From Squalus acanthias (taxonomy: Eukaryota): 60,000 nt of DNA. The position numbers were made by a program, and so were the translations under genes. The notes below the pieces were generated by a model. The model made no database searches, had not been told where the DNA came from, and worked only from the letters and a program-made list of their open reading frames with translations. Each line of letters begins with the position of its first letter. The first letter of the stretch is position 1. Where the stretch lies: NCBI GenBank assembly GCA_030390025.1, contig CM059431.1, positions 147,128,001-147,188,000 on the forward strand. Reading direction: 5' to 3'. This document shows, one piece after another, positions 35,700 through 48,949 of the stretch.

Positions 35700-37075
35700 C
35701 TTTTTATTAAACTGAGAGCGGTGTTTGCCCCTGTACTTTCTAGATTCATTTCCGTGCTCGTTCAAAACAACAACTGATTGTTGTGGGGACCTGCTTTCAA
35801 CAGGAACAAAAAGACAACGTTTCAACCCTTTAAACTCTAATGGATTTTTCTGAAATGTCGTTTATTCAACTTTTGTAACATTTCGGATGTGTAAAGAAGG
35901 TAACTATAAGATTATTTGCCATCGAGCTCATTAGTTTAGCAGCATTTTAAATGGTAATTCTTAACAAGTACGTATTTGGATGGTTTAAGGTAGTTCGTTT
36001 TTCAAAGCAGAAGTGGTCGATTTCCAACAATGTGACTATTTTTTTGATGTATTTCTGTAGATGCGGCGCTGCTTAATGTTCTGTACAACTGGAACTGAGG
36101 GTGGATTCAGTAAACCAGCAGTGTCAGGTCTGGTGCTGTAAAATCCGTTATTGTAATCGTAACTTTATGGTTAGAAACACTGGCTGAATGTTCAGGGTTA
36201 ATGTTCTTAATTAAACTCCGAACATGTAATGTTGGTTCTGTTACTTCCGTTTTCAGTAAGTTTCGCTGAGTGATTTCCTCTATTGCCAGGGTAACAATCT
36301 GTCAGATCTCAGTACATGTGGCGTTGGCTCCCAATTATATCCAAAAAACCGTGAAACATTCAGTGTAAACTCCTGTCCGTGTAGTCGGCAGTCCAGGAGT
36401 AGGAACATTTTCTGGATAACTGGAGTAATTTTTAACAGGAAGTCTATAACAGTAAACTAAAGAATATAGGGCTGTTGTTTCGGAACAGTAGTTTATATAA
36501 TTCGTAAGATTTCCTCTTTCCGTGACTTAATAACACTTCTTATATTGATTATGCCTGTTTCAATACCTTTTTAAGGGAAAATATTGTTCCACATGTTATT
36601 CAGCCTTCCAGCACTGGGGGCGGTGCAGTGATCATTCGCACTTGTTCAACTGCCATTCTGGCCTCTTCCAACAAACGCAGTTCAAACAATTTCCAGTCCA
36701 TCTGTCTAAGTATGAGCAAGGTCATCGAGATTCACTGCTAATGAATTAAAAGTCCCATTTTTATGGAACACTTCCTGTAAGCTTCACGCTTACTGCTGGC
36801 CACGTCGCATTCACTTTCTGTTATACCTCAGATATCAAAGTTCCAGTATAACCACTCACTCGCCGGTACTAAAGGCAGATAATCTGCTAGTGCTGTTTAA
36901 ATAAGACACGGTCTTCAACTTAAAACTGTGTCGAGAGAGCCTTCATGTAAATGATTGCTAATATTGGCTTCAGATAATTAACCCATGGTAGAAATATCGG
37001 ACAGTAAAATACCACAGACAGATAGAAATAAGAGGAGCTCATTCAGTCCCTAGATCTTTTTATGCCAATCACTTA
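35700..37075 (+). repeat. Third, more diverged copy of the 1.4-kb block (21930-23292, 27655-29005)
   Basis: Shares ttattaaactgagagcggtgtttg, ggtggattcagtaaacc, gtcggcagtccaggagtagg and cagataattaac. Confidence 0.9.
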
Positions 37076-37099
37076 TATGACAGCTTGCACAGCGGCAAT

Positions 37100-37340
37100 G
37101 TTCTCTGGCGGAGGCCCAGTGTCGCTCCCTAGCCCTCCGGCGCAAGCGCACTGTAGCTCCCTTGTTCAACCGCGCAAGCGCACTGTCGCTCCCTTTCATT
37201 CCCCCGGAAGCGCATTATCGCACCCTTGCTCTCCCGCGTTTGGGCAGTGTCGCTCCTGCCGTGAATCCGGGGATTCCCAGTGGGCGGGGTTTGCCTCTTG
37301 TGGCGGGCATCGCAGGCCGGTGTGTGAGTGACGGTAAGAA
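37100..37340 (+). promoter_or_regulatory. CpG-rich putative promoter / first exon paralogous to 29030-29290
   Basis: About five ~32-bp units with GCGCAAGCGCA (twice) and CCGGAAG, then ccggggattcccagt, GGGCGGGG and the GACG|GTAAG donor at 37334. Confidence 0.6.
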
Positions 37341-37479
37341 ACAGGATCATTCCTCTCGTCACAGGGGCCGCGCTCTGTGAATGAGGGAACTCGGCTCCAT
37401 TCAGCACACGGCCTGACAGCGCGGCTGCTCAGCCAAGGATTTATATCACAGCGAGGGGCTTTACAGTTTAACAGGGATT

Positions 37480-37915
37480 GGTCCGGGATGTACACCGCAG
37501 GGAATGGTCTGAACCGGGACACAATACAGGGGATAGTCCATGATATAAACCCCTGGGAATGGGCTAAACCGGATCAGAACAGAGGGGATGATCCGGTATA
37601 TAAACCCCAGGGAATGTACTGAACCGGGTCACAATACAGTGGATGGTCCAGTATAAAAACCCCAGGGAATGGATGAACTGGGACACAATACAAGGGATAG
37701 TCCAGGATATAAACCCCAGGGAATGGACTGAACCGCGTCACAATACAGGGGATAGTCCGGGATATGAACCCCAGGAAAAGGACTGAACCGGGTAACAATA
37801 CAAGGGATGGTCCGGGATATAAACCCCAGGGAATGGACTGAACCGTGTCACAATACAAGGGATGGTCCGGGATATAAACCCCAGGGAATGGACTGATCCG
37901 GGTCAGAATACAAGC
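37480..37915. repeat. 55-bp minisatellite, ~8 copies
   Basis: Units ataaaccccagggaatggactgaaccgggtcacaatacaagggatggtccgggat. Confidence 0.9.
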
Positions 37916-38104
37916 GATATGTGTACAACGGGCGTCCAATCCGCTACTCTTCGTTTTTCCCCTCCGTCGAATTTGAATTTTACCCCCATGGTCTTATGGT
38001 TATGTTTTTCTTTGGGTTTTAGGGAGTGCTACAAAGCTCACGCCGTTAACTGCAGAACGTGTGTTTCTTTGAGCATCCCGTTCGATTTCGCACACCAGCA
38101 GGTT

Positions 38105-38650
38105 TGCTGACCAAAGCCGAACGCAGTACTCCAGGTGCGGTCTGACCAAGGCTCTGAGAAAGTGAAGCATCACTTCCTCGTCTTTGTATTCCAGCACCCC
38201 TGAGTTAAAGGCTTACATTTCATTAACCCTTTTGATTATATATTGTACCTGTGCACCAGCTTTTAGCATTTGTGTGCATGGGCACCTAAATCCCCCCACG
38301 GCTCCTTGTCTCTCGCCAGTCAGAAAATATTCCGACTTTTCTTTCTCGGGTCACTTTCCGTCATTAAACTCCGCCTGCCGCACTCTTGGCCATTCATTCA
38401 TTTTTTCTGTGTCCTGTTGTAACTTCCTGCTCCGATCTACATAACCCACTGAACCTGCTGACCTCGTGCAATATGCAAACTTGGATAAACAACTCTCTCT
38501 TCCTTCATCCAAGTCATTAATATATAAGGTGAAAACTGAGGCCCTAGTACAGATCCCTGGGGAACATCACTTGTCACATCCCGCCAATCAGAGAAGGTTC
38601 TTTATACCCGTACTATGTCCCCTACTTCCCAGCCCATGTCACAAGGGTTA
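38105..38650 (-). mobile_element. Old CR1 fragment
   Basis: [25 protein letters not shown] (ORF 38000-38197). Confidence 0.75.
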
Positions 38651-39084
38651 CCTCCATTTCCGTGCGCATATCCCGTTCATCTATACTCCAGGAAGAACGG
38701 GTATAGCCTGCGGCACTGATCTGCTCTCCAGTCGTGGATGGTGTAGATTGTAACATTTCACCCACACTCCAGGTGTGACAGGTACAATTTGTGCAACATC
38801 TGTTGCGCTAAAGTACTTCATTTTGTTGTACCTTCAACCATTATTGTGGCCTTTCTGAGCAATGCGAATCCTGCTGTCCGGTCACTTCCTATTTAATTGC
38901 ACTGATAACTGTTTCACGCAAGAACATTCATACATTGAATTGCTGAATTCATTGGGAATATTGAACTGGCACCCGGCCCGATCACCCCTTACGTTGATAT
39001 AAATGGATAGGAAAATCGGGAGTGGTGTAAGTGGGCGGGTAATTCGATTTCGTCACTTTACACCATCCACCAAATCCCACAATG

Positions 39085-39336
39085 CAGATAGAGGCCATTT
39101 CGGCCCATCGAGCCTGCACCGACACATATCCCACCCTATCCCCGTAACACTAAGGGTCAATTTATCATAGCCAAATCAACCTAACCCGCACATCTTTGGA
39201 CTGTGGGAGGAAACCGGAGCACACCCACACAGACAATGTGCAAACTCCACACAGACAGTCACCCGGGGCTGGATTCGAACCCAGGTCGCTGGCGCTGTGA
39301 GGCAACAGTGCTAACCACTATGCCAACGCGTTGCCC
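39085..39336 (-). mobile_element. tRNA-derived HE1-like (V-SINE) element with a CR1-type 3' tail
   Basis: Minus strand gggcaacgcgttggcatagtggttagcactgttgcctcacagcgccagcgacctgggttcgaatcc...gtggagtttgcac...ccggtttcctcccacagtccaaagatgtgc...ctcgatgggccgaaatggcctc. Confidence 0.85.
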
Positions 39337-39489
39337 AATAGTCCAAAGTTAAAATTAACCTCTGACTGTACTTAGTGCAACGCTCTTTGTATTTAATATC
39401 ATTTCTTGTCACCGCTGTGTAAACCATATACTTCGAAATATTGAACAGAAAAAAACACTGTTGAACTAAACTACAGTGTAAAAAGGCAG

Positions 39490-41935
39490 GGAGTAGCAAA
39501 AGTAAGCGTTGGACCCTTAGACGCTGAGTCAGGATAAATTATATTGGGGCACAAAGAAATGACACAGACTTTGAAAAATATTTTCTATCTGGCTTCACAG
39601 TAGAAGACACAAAAAAGGATATTAAAAATAGTGGGGAACCAAAGGACTACTGAGAGCGAGGAACTTAAACTAATTAGTATCAGTAGAGAAAAAGTACTTG
39701 AGAAACTAATGGGACTAAATGCTGACAAATCCCTTGGACCTGACGGTCTAAATCCTAGGGTTCTAAAAGAGGTGGCTGCAGAGATAGTGGATGCATTGTT
39801 TGTTATCTCCCAAAATTCCCTAGATTCGGGAACGGTCCCAGTGGATTGGAAGGTTGCAAATATAACCACGCTATTCAAGAAAGGATGGAAAGAGATAACA
39901 GGGAACAGCAGGCCAGTTAGCCAGATATCAGTCGGCGTTAACATTCTGGAATCCATTATTAAAGAAGTCGTAACAGGGCACTTAGAAAATCCTAATATCA
40001 TTAGGCAGATTCAACATGGTTTTATGAAATGAAAATTGTGCTTCACAAATATATTAAAGTGTTTGAGGATGTAACAAGCAGGGTTGATAAATGGGAACCA
40101 GTGTGTGTAATGTATTTGGATTTCCAAAATGCATTCGATAAGGTACCACATAAAAGGTTATTCAGAAATATAAGGGCACATGGGGTTGGTAGTAATGTAT
40201 TAGGACGGATAAAATATTGGTTAACAGTCAGAAAACAGAGAGTAGGGATAAACCAGTCATTTTTCAGATTGGTAGGCTGTAAGTAGTGCGTTGCCGCAAC
40301 GATCAGTGCTTGGGCCTCAGCTATTTACAATCTATATTAATGACTTAGATGAAGGGACCGAGTGCAATTTATACAAGTTTGTTGACGATAAAAACTAGGT
40401 GGAAAAGTAGGATGTGAGAAGTTCGCAAAGTGCCTGCAAAGGAATATAGACAGTTTAAGTGAGTGGGAAATAAGGTGGCAGATGGAGTATAATATTGCGA
40501 AATGTGAGGTTATTCACTTTGGCAGGAAGAATAGAAAAAAATAATATTTTTAAATGGTGAGAAACTATTATACATTGGTGTTCAGTGAGATTTAAGTGCT
40601 CTAGTACAAGAAACACGGAGAGTTAGAATGCAGTACAGCAAGCAATTAGAAATGCAAATGGTATGTTAGCCTTTATTGCTTGAAGTTTGGAGTACAAGGG
40701 TAAGGAAATCCTTCTACAACTGTAGAAGGCTCTTGAGAGTCCACACCGAGAGAACTGTGCACAATTTTGGTCTCCTTATTTAAGGAAGGATATACTGGCC
40801 ATAGAGTCGGTGCAACAAAGGTTCCCTAGATTTATTCCTGGGATGAGAGGATGACGTATGAGGAGAGCTTGAGGAGATTGAGCCTATAAACTCTGGAGTT
40901 TAGAAGAATTAGAGGGGATTTCATTGAAACATATAGGCCCACGCATGCACGAACACCAGGAACTTGCGAGCTGCTAGAATCCACCTGACATTCACTGGCG
41001 CAGCTTTGGGATACTTGCCCAACTACTGCCCAGCAAATGCCCGTGACATTCTTATGTCTGGTAAAAGCAGGGGTAAGGTCTGATTTTACCCACGTAAGGG
41101 TTTAAATAAATATTAAAATATTTTTTAAATCATTTAAACTTCAAAAAACCAGTAAAATAAGTTTAGGTTATTTTTGGCACCTTGAAAAATGATTAGATTT
41201 ATTTTTCAAAAATTAAAATTTTTGTTTTAAATGTTTAATTCAAATATATATTAATTAAAGTTAAACATGTAATCTTTTTTTTAATTTCAGTGTTGTGAAA
41301 ATGTATTTTTTATGGGATTCCTGGTATGCCTATGAGGATTCTGTACGTAAATGGTATCGGCATAAGCAAACTGAGAATCCTTCTTTTTGATTGGTTGGGC
41401 CGCCCACCTGACCCCAGGGAAGTTTACGAGCCGCTTGCGCCCCTGAGATACGTGGGCCTCTAAGCAGGCATACACCTGCAGGCCCAGGAGTGCGAGACGT
41501 CGAATCTCCGGTACCGTCAGGTAGGTTCACAGTTTATTAGCGATTTGGAGGCATCCGCTCATGGGTAGCCTCCAACCGCAAAATCAGGCTCGTAAATTCA
41601 ATGGGTATTGACAGGATAAATGCTGAGAGATTGTTTCCCCTGGCTGGGGATTCTAGAACTAGGGGCCACAGCCTCAGGATAATGGGTGCCTTTTAAGACG
41701 GAGATGAGGAGCAAATTCTTCACTCATAGCGGGGTGAATCTTTGGCATTCTCTGCCCCAAAGTGCGGTGGCTGCTCAGTCGCTGAGTATATTTAAGGCTA
41801 AGATAGATAGATTTTTGGACTGCATAGGAATCAAGGGATAAGGGCATAGTGCAGGAAAGTGAAGTTCAGGCCGAAGATCAGCCATGATCTTATTGAATGG
41901 CGAAGCAGCCATAGTTCTTATATTCTTATGTTCGT
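39490..41935 (+). mobile_element. CR1 ORF2 3' half, interrupted at ~40936-41592
   Basis: ORFs 39631 and 40029 (GPDGLNPRVLKE, YLDFQNAFDKVPH). Tail cttatgttcgtacg at ~41930. Confidence 0.92.
40936..41592. mobile_element. Non-autonomous DNA-transposon-like insertion (GC-rich arms, AT-rich core)
   Basis: The CR1 sequence cattgaaacatata|taaattcaatgggtattgacagg is split by ~650 bp of unrelated sequence ending aaaatcaggctcg. Confidence 0.6.
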
Positions 41936-41944
41936 ACGTTCTGA

Positions 41945-44221
41945 CGCACCCGCATGTCCCGCACTCACCCTGACCCATCCACACCTCCGGCACTCAAACC
42001 TAGATCCACCCGCATGTCCCGCACTCAGCCCTTGACCCACCCGCAAGTATCCCACTCACTCTGAACAACACGCACACCCCGCACTCAACTCCTGACCCAC
42101 CCGAACATCCCGCACTCACCCTGAACCAACCGCCGCTCCCGCACTCTCCCTGACCTAACCGCACGTCCCGCACTCACCCTGCGCCCCCCCGCACGTCCCG
42201 CACTCACCCTGACCCACCCGCAACACCGGCACTCAATCCCAGACCCCCCCGCCCGTCCAGCACTCACCCTGACCCACCCGCAATCCTGCAATCAACCTGA
42301 TCCACCCGCACGTCCCGCACTCACGCTGACTCCCCCGCACGTCCCGCACTCACCCTGACCCCCCCGCACGTCCCGCACTCACGCTGACCCCCTCGCACGT
42401 CCCGCAATCACCCTGACATACCCGCACGTCCCGCACTCACCCTGACCCACCCACACGTCACGCACTCACCCTGACATACCCGCACGTCCTGCACCCACCC
42501 TAACCCAACCACACATCCCGCACTCAACCCCTGGTCCACCTGAATTTCCCGCAGTCATCCTGACCCACCCGCACGTCCTGCACTCAACCTGACCCAGCCG
42601 CACGTCCCCCACTCAACCCCTGATCCACCCGCAACATACCGCACTCACCCTGACCCACTCGTACATCCCGCACTCACCCTGACCTCACCGCAGGTCCCGC
42701 ACTCACCCTGACCCACCCACACATCCCATACTCACCCTGACCCACCCGCACGTCCCGCTCTCACCTTGACCCACCCGCTCATCCGCACTTGCCCTGACCC
42801 ACCCGCACTTCCCACAAACAAACTGACCTACCGACACATTCCGCACTCGCTCCCTGAGCCAGCCGCACGTCACGCACACACCCTGACCCACCCGCAGGTC
42901 CCTCTCTCACCCTGACCCATCCGCACGTTCCGCACACACCCTGACCCACCCGCAGGTCCCTCTCTCACCCTGACCCATCCGCACGTGCCGCACACACCCT
43001 GACCCACCCGCACGTTCTGTACCTACCCTGACACACCCGCACGCACCCTGACCCACCCGCACATCCCTCACTCACCCTGACACACCCGCACTCACCCTGA
43101 CCCACCCGCACGCTACGTACCTACCTTGAAACACCCGCACTCACCCTGACCCACCCGCACATCCCTCACTCACCCTGAACCACCCGCACTCAAACTGAAC
43201 CCCCCGTTTGTCTTGCAGTCACCCACTGACCCACACGCACATCCCTCACTCACTCTGAACAACCCGCATACCCCATACTCACCCCATGACCCACCCGCAC
43301 ATCCCTCATTCACCACCTGACCCACTGGCATGTCCTGCACACACCACCTGACCCAAACACACATTCCTCACTCACCACCTGACCAACCGGCGTATTCCTG
43401 ACACACCACCTGACCCAAATGCACATCCCTCACTCACCAGCTGATCCAACTGCACGTCCCACACCCACATCCTGACCTACCCGAACATCCAGAACTCACC
43501 CTGACCCCACTACACGTCTGGCACTCACTGTGAATAACCCGCACGCCTCGCACTCACCCTGACCCATCCGCACATCTTGCACTCACCCCATGAAACACCC
43601 GCACATCCAACACTCACTCTGACCCCCCACACATACCGCTCTTCCCCTGACCCACACGCGCAAGTCCCACACTCACCCTGACCACACACACGTCACGCAC
43701 TCATCCTGACTCACCCGCACATCACCCACTCGCCCTGACCCACCCGCATGTTCCTCACTCACCCAGACCCACCCCCACGTCCAGCACTCACAATGACCCT
43801 CCCGCACGTCCCGCACTCACCCTGACCCTTCCGCATGTTCCTCACTCACCCAGACCCACCCCCACGTTCAGCACTCACAATCACCCTCCCGCAAGTCCCG
43901 CACTCACACTGACACACCCGTATGTCCCGCACTCACCCTGACCCGCTCGCATGTCCCGCACTCACCCTAACCCACCGGCACTCACAGTGACACACCCGCA
44001 TATCCCGCACTCACCCTCACCAACCCGAACTCGTCCTGACGCATCCGCACATCCCGCACTCACGCTGACCCACCCGCACGTCCGGCACTCACCCTGACAC
44101 TCCCGCACGTTCGCACTCACCCTGACACACACCCACGTCCCGCACTCACAATGACCCTCCCGCACGTCTCGCACTCACCCTGACCCACCCGTATGTCCCG
44201 CACTCACCCTGACCCACTCGC
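41945..44221. repeat. ~29-bp C-rich minisatellite, ~2.3 kb
   Basis: Unit cacccgcacgtcccgcactcaccctgacc with length variants. Confidence 0.95.
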
Positions 44222-45385
44222 CCTATCTTACTATTAGATTCTAAGTGCCCAGTTATTGCATCCTTTATAATAGATTCCAGCATTTTCCCAACTAATGATG
44301 TGAGGCTAACCGGTCTGTAGTTCCCCGTTTTCTCTCACCCTCCTTTCTTAAATAGCGGGGTTACATTTGCTATCCTCCAATCTGCAGGAAACGTTCCAGA
44401 ATCTATAGAATTTTGGAAGATGACAACCAATGCGTCCACAATCGCAATGTCCACCTCTTTCAAAACCCTAGGAAGTAGGTCATCCGGTCCTTGATATTTA
44501 TCGAATTTTAGTCCCATTAATTTTGCTAGTACTGTTTTTTTACTAATAATAATTTCTTTACGTTCCTCATTCTCGCCACAACCTTGGTTTTCTCGTATTT
44601 CTTTAACGTTTTTCTTGTCTTCCTCCTTGAAGACAGAAACAAAGTATTTATTTAATTTCTCAGCCATTTCCTGTTACACCATTATAAATTCTCCCGTCTC
44701 TGAATGTAAAGGATCTACATTTACCTCCGCCAGTCTTTTCCTTTACACATACCTATAGAAGCTTTTACCATCTGTTTTTATATTTTTCGCTAGTTTGTGC
44801 TCATATTCCATTTCCCCTTTCTTTATCCATTTCTTGGTCCCCTTTGCTGATTTCTAAAAAGATCCCAATCCTCATACTGATCGCTTTTTCTGGCAACTTT
44901 ATAAGCTTCCTCCTTTGACTTAATAATAGCTTTAATTTATTTTGTTAGCCATGGTTGGACCACTTTTCATTTTGTGTATTTATGCCCTAGATGAATATAT
45001 GTTTGTTGCAAATTATGCATTATTTCCTTGAATGTTAGCCATTGTATGTCCACCTTCTTACTTTTTAAAGTAGTCTTCCAATCTACCATGGAAAACTTGC
45101 CCCTCATACCCGTGTAGTTTCCTCTGTTTATATTGAAGACCATAGTTTCAGATTGGACTACATCACTCTCAAACTTAATATAAAATTCAATCATATTATC
45201 GTCACTTGTCCCTAAAGGCCCCTTTAACGCAGGATTATTGATTAGCCCATTCTCATTACACTGTGCCAGATCCAGAATAGCCTGTTCCCTGGTTGGTTCC
45301 TCCACATACTGATTCAGGAAAACCAAATTGCATGCATTCCAATAGTTCGCCCTGCACATCATTAGTGGTAATTTGATTTGCCCCC
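44222..45385 (-). mobile_element. CR1 ORF2 internal fragment
   Basis: ORFs 44335-44667 and 44967-45362 (EEPTREQAILDL, DWRIANVTPLFKKG). Confidence 0.9.
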
Positions 45386-45387
45386 CA

Positions 45388-46975
45388 TGTCATAGTCATA
45401 GAGTCATATAGTTATACAGCACAGAAAGAGGCCTTTCGGCCCATCGCGTCCGTGTCGGCCATCAAGCCCTGTCTATATTAATCCAATTTTCCTCACTTGG
45501 TCCGTAGCCTTGTATGCTATGGCGTTTCAAGTGCTCAACTAAATGCTTCTTGAATGTTGTGAGGTTTCCTGCCTCTACCACACTTTCAGGCAGTGAGTAC
45601 CAGATTCGAACAACCCTCTGGGTGAAAACGTTTTTCCTCCAATCCCCACTAAACCTCCTGCCCCTTACCTTGAAACTATGCCCACTGGTTATTGACCCCT
45701 CTACTGAGGGGAAAAGTTCCTTTCTATCTACCCTATCTATGCCCCTCATAATTTTGTACACCTCAATCAGGTCCCCCCTCAGCCTTCTCTGCTCTAGGGA
45801 AAACAACCCCAGCCTGTCCAGTCTCTCTTCATAGCTGAAGCGCTGCAGCCCAGGTAACATCCTGGTGAATCTCCTCTGCATCCTCTCCAATGCAATCACA
45901 TCCCTTCTATATTGTGGCGACCAGAACTGCACACAGTATTCCAGCTGTGGCCTAACTAGCGTTTTGTACAGCTCCATCATAAACTCCCTGCTCTTATATT
46001 CTATGCCTCGGCTAATGAAGGCAAGTATACCACAAGCTTTTTTAAACACCTTATCTACCTGTCCTGCTGCCTTCTGAGATCTATGTACATGTACACCAAG
46101 GTCCCTCTGATCCTCTGCCCTTCCTAGGGTCCTACCATTCATTGTGTATTCCCTTGCCTTGTTATTCCACCCAAAATGCATCACCTCACACTTTTGAGGA
46201 TTAAATTCCATTTGCCACTGTTCTGCCCATCTGACCAACCCGTCTATATCGTGTTGTAGCCTGAGGCTTCACTCCTCGCTATTTAACACCCCACCAATTT
46301 TCATGTCATCTGCAAACTTACTGATCATACCTCCTACATTCATATCTAAATCATTAATGTACACTACAAACAGCAAAGGACCCTGCACCGATCCCTGCGC
46401 TACATCACTGGACACAGGCATCCAGTCACAAAAACAACCTTCGACCATTACCCTCTGCCTCCTGCCACTAAGTCAATTTTGGATCCAACGTGTCAAGTTG
46501 CCCTGGATCCCATGGGCGTTTACCTTCTTGACCCGTCTCCCATGCGGGACTTCGTCAAAATCCTTACTGGAGTCCATGTAGACCACATCAACTGCACCCT
46601 CATCCACACACCCAGTCACCTCCTCTAAAAATTCAATCAAATTGGTCAGACATCATCTCACCCTGACAAAGCCATGCTGACTATCCTTGATTAATCCTTG
46701 CCTCTCCAAGTGGAGACTATTTCTGTCCCTCAGAATGTTTTCCAATCATTTCCCTACCACTGATGTTAGGCTCACTGCCCTGTAATTCCCTGGTTTATCC
46801 CTACTACACTTCTTGAATAATGGCACTACGTCAGCTGTTCTCCAGTACTCTGGCACCTCCCCTGCGGCCAGAGAGGATCTGAAAATTTGTACCAGAGCCC
46901 CTGCAATCTCCTCCCTTGCCTCACACAGCAGACTGTGATACATTTCGTCTGGGCCTGGGATTTATCCACTTTAAA
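45388..46975 (-). mobile_element. Young CR1, 3' 1.6 kb (same subfamily as 23628-25279)
   Basis: ORF 45462-46238 (258 aa, ORF2 C-terminus) and a catagagt-type tail at ~45390. Confidence 0.95.
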
Positions 46976-47019
46976 AAAAACAGCAAAAAATTACAGGAAC
47001 GATTTTAGAAAAATAATCG

Positions 47020-48945
47020 TAGTAAAATAGGAGCAGGAGTAGGCCATTCGGCCCTTCGAGCCTGCTCCGCCATTCAACACGATCATGGCTGATCCTGTAT
47101 ATCAATACCATATTCCCGCTCTCTCCCCATACCCCTTGATGCCTTTGTGTCTAGAAATCTATCTATATCCTTCTTAAATATATTCAGTGACTTGGCCTCC
47201 ACAGCCTTCTGTGGTGGAGAATTGCACAGGTTAACCACCCTCTGAGTGAAGAAATTTCTCCTCAACTCAGTCCTGAATGTCCTACCTCGTATCCTGAGAC
47301 TATGAGCACACGTTCTCGAACCCCCGCCAGGGGAAACATGCTCCCTTCATTCAATCTGTCCAGCCCTGTCAGAATGTTATACGTTTCACAGAAGCATAGA
47401 AGATAGGAACAGGAGCAGGCCATTCGGCCCCTCGAGCCTGCTCCGCCATTTAATGAGATCATGGCTGATCATCCAGATTCAGTACCCTGTCCCTGCTTTC
47501 TCCCCATTTCCCTTGATCCCTTTAGCCTTAAGAAATATGTCTATCTCCTTCTTGAATATATTTAATGAATTGGCCTCAACTGCCTTCTGTGGTAGAGAAT
47601 TCCACAGGTTCACCACTCTCTGGGTAAATAAATTCCTCCTCATCTCAGTCCTAAATGGCTTATCCCTTATCCTTAGACTGTGACCTCTGGTTCTGGAATC
47701 CCCCGCCATCGGGAACATCCTTCCTGCATCTAATCTGTCTAGTCCTGTTAGAATTTTATAAGTTTCAATGAGATCCCCTTACATTCTTCTAAACTCTAGC
47801 GAATATAAGCCTAATCGACCCAATCTCTCTTCATACGTCATTCCTGCCATCCCATGTATCAGTCAGGTAAATCTTCGCTTCACTCCCTCCATGGCAAGAA
47901 CATCCTTCCTCAGATAACGCGAACAAACTGTACACAATACTCAAATTGTGGTCTCACCAAGGCCTTGTACAACTGCTCCTGTACTCGAATTCTCTCGCTA
48001 TGAAGACCAACATACCATTTGCCTTCATAACCGCCTGCTGCACCTGCATGCTTACCTTCAGCGGTTGGTGCACAAGGACTCCCAGATCTGGTTGCACTTC
48101 CCCTTTTCCCAATGAGATCCTCAATGAGATCCCCTCTCATTCTTCTAAACTCTAGTGAATAACGGCCTAGTCGAACCAATCCCTCCTCGTACGACAGTCT
48201 TGCCATCCCAGAAATCAGTCTGGTGAACCTTCGCTGCAGTTCCTCTTTAGCAAGTATATCCTTTCTTAGGTAAGGAGACCAAAACTGCCCTCAGTACTCC
48301 AGGTGTGTTCTCACCAAGGCCCTGTATAACTGTAGTGTGACATCCTTGCTCCTGTACTCAAATCCTCTTGCAATGAAGGCCAACATTCCATTTGCCTTCC
48401 TAACTGCTTGCTGCACCTGCATGTTTGCTTTCAGTGACTGGTGTACAAGGACACCCAGGTCCCTTTGTACATCAACATTTCCCAATCAACCACATTTTCA
48501 ATAATACTCTGCCTTTCAGTGTTTTCCTACCAAAGTGAATGACAACACATTTATCCACGTTATACTGCATCTGCCATGTATTTGCCCACTCACTCAACTT
48601 TTCGAAAACGCCTTGAAGCCTCTTTGCATCCTCCTCACAACTCACTGTTCCAGCAAGCTTCGTCTCGTCAGTAAACTTGGGAATTTTACATTTGGTTCCC
48701 TCATCCAAATCATTGATATACATTGTGAATAGCTGGGGCCCAGCACTGATAATTGCGCTACCCTACTAGTCAACGCCAGCCAGCCCGAAAAAGACCCATT
48801 TATTCCTACTCTCTGTTTCCTGTCCTGTTAACCAATTTTCAACCCATGCCAGTATATTTCTCCCAATCCCATGCGATTTAATTTTGCACACTAACCTCGT
48901 ATGTGGGATTTTATCAAAGCCCTTCTTAAAATCCAAATAGTCATC
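47020..48945 (-). mobile_element. Stack of rearranged CR1 3' fragments
   Basis: 3' UTRs begin at ~47025 and ~47395, with repeated RRNFFTQRVVNL and KALVRP segments and [11 protein letters not shown] (48472 ORF). Confidence 0.9.
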
Positions 48946-48949
48946 CACT

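Noticed and set aside
39260..39336. tRNA gene on the minus strand
   Set aside because: It continues into a V-SINE body and CR1-type tail, so it is a SINE head.
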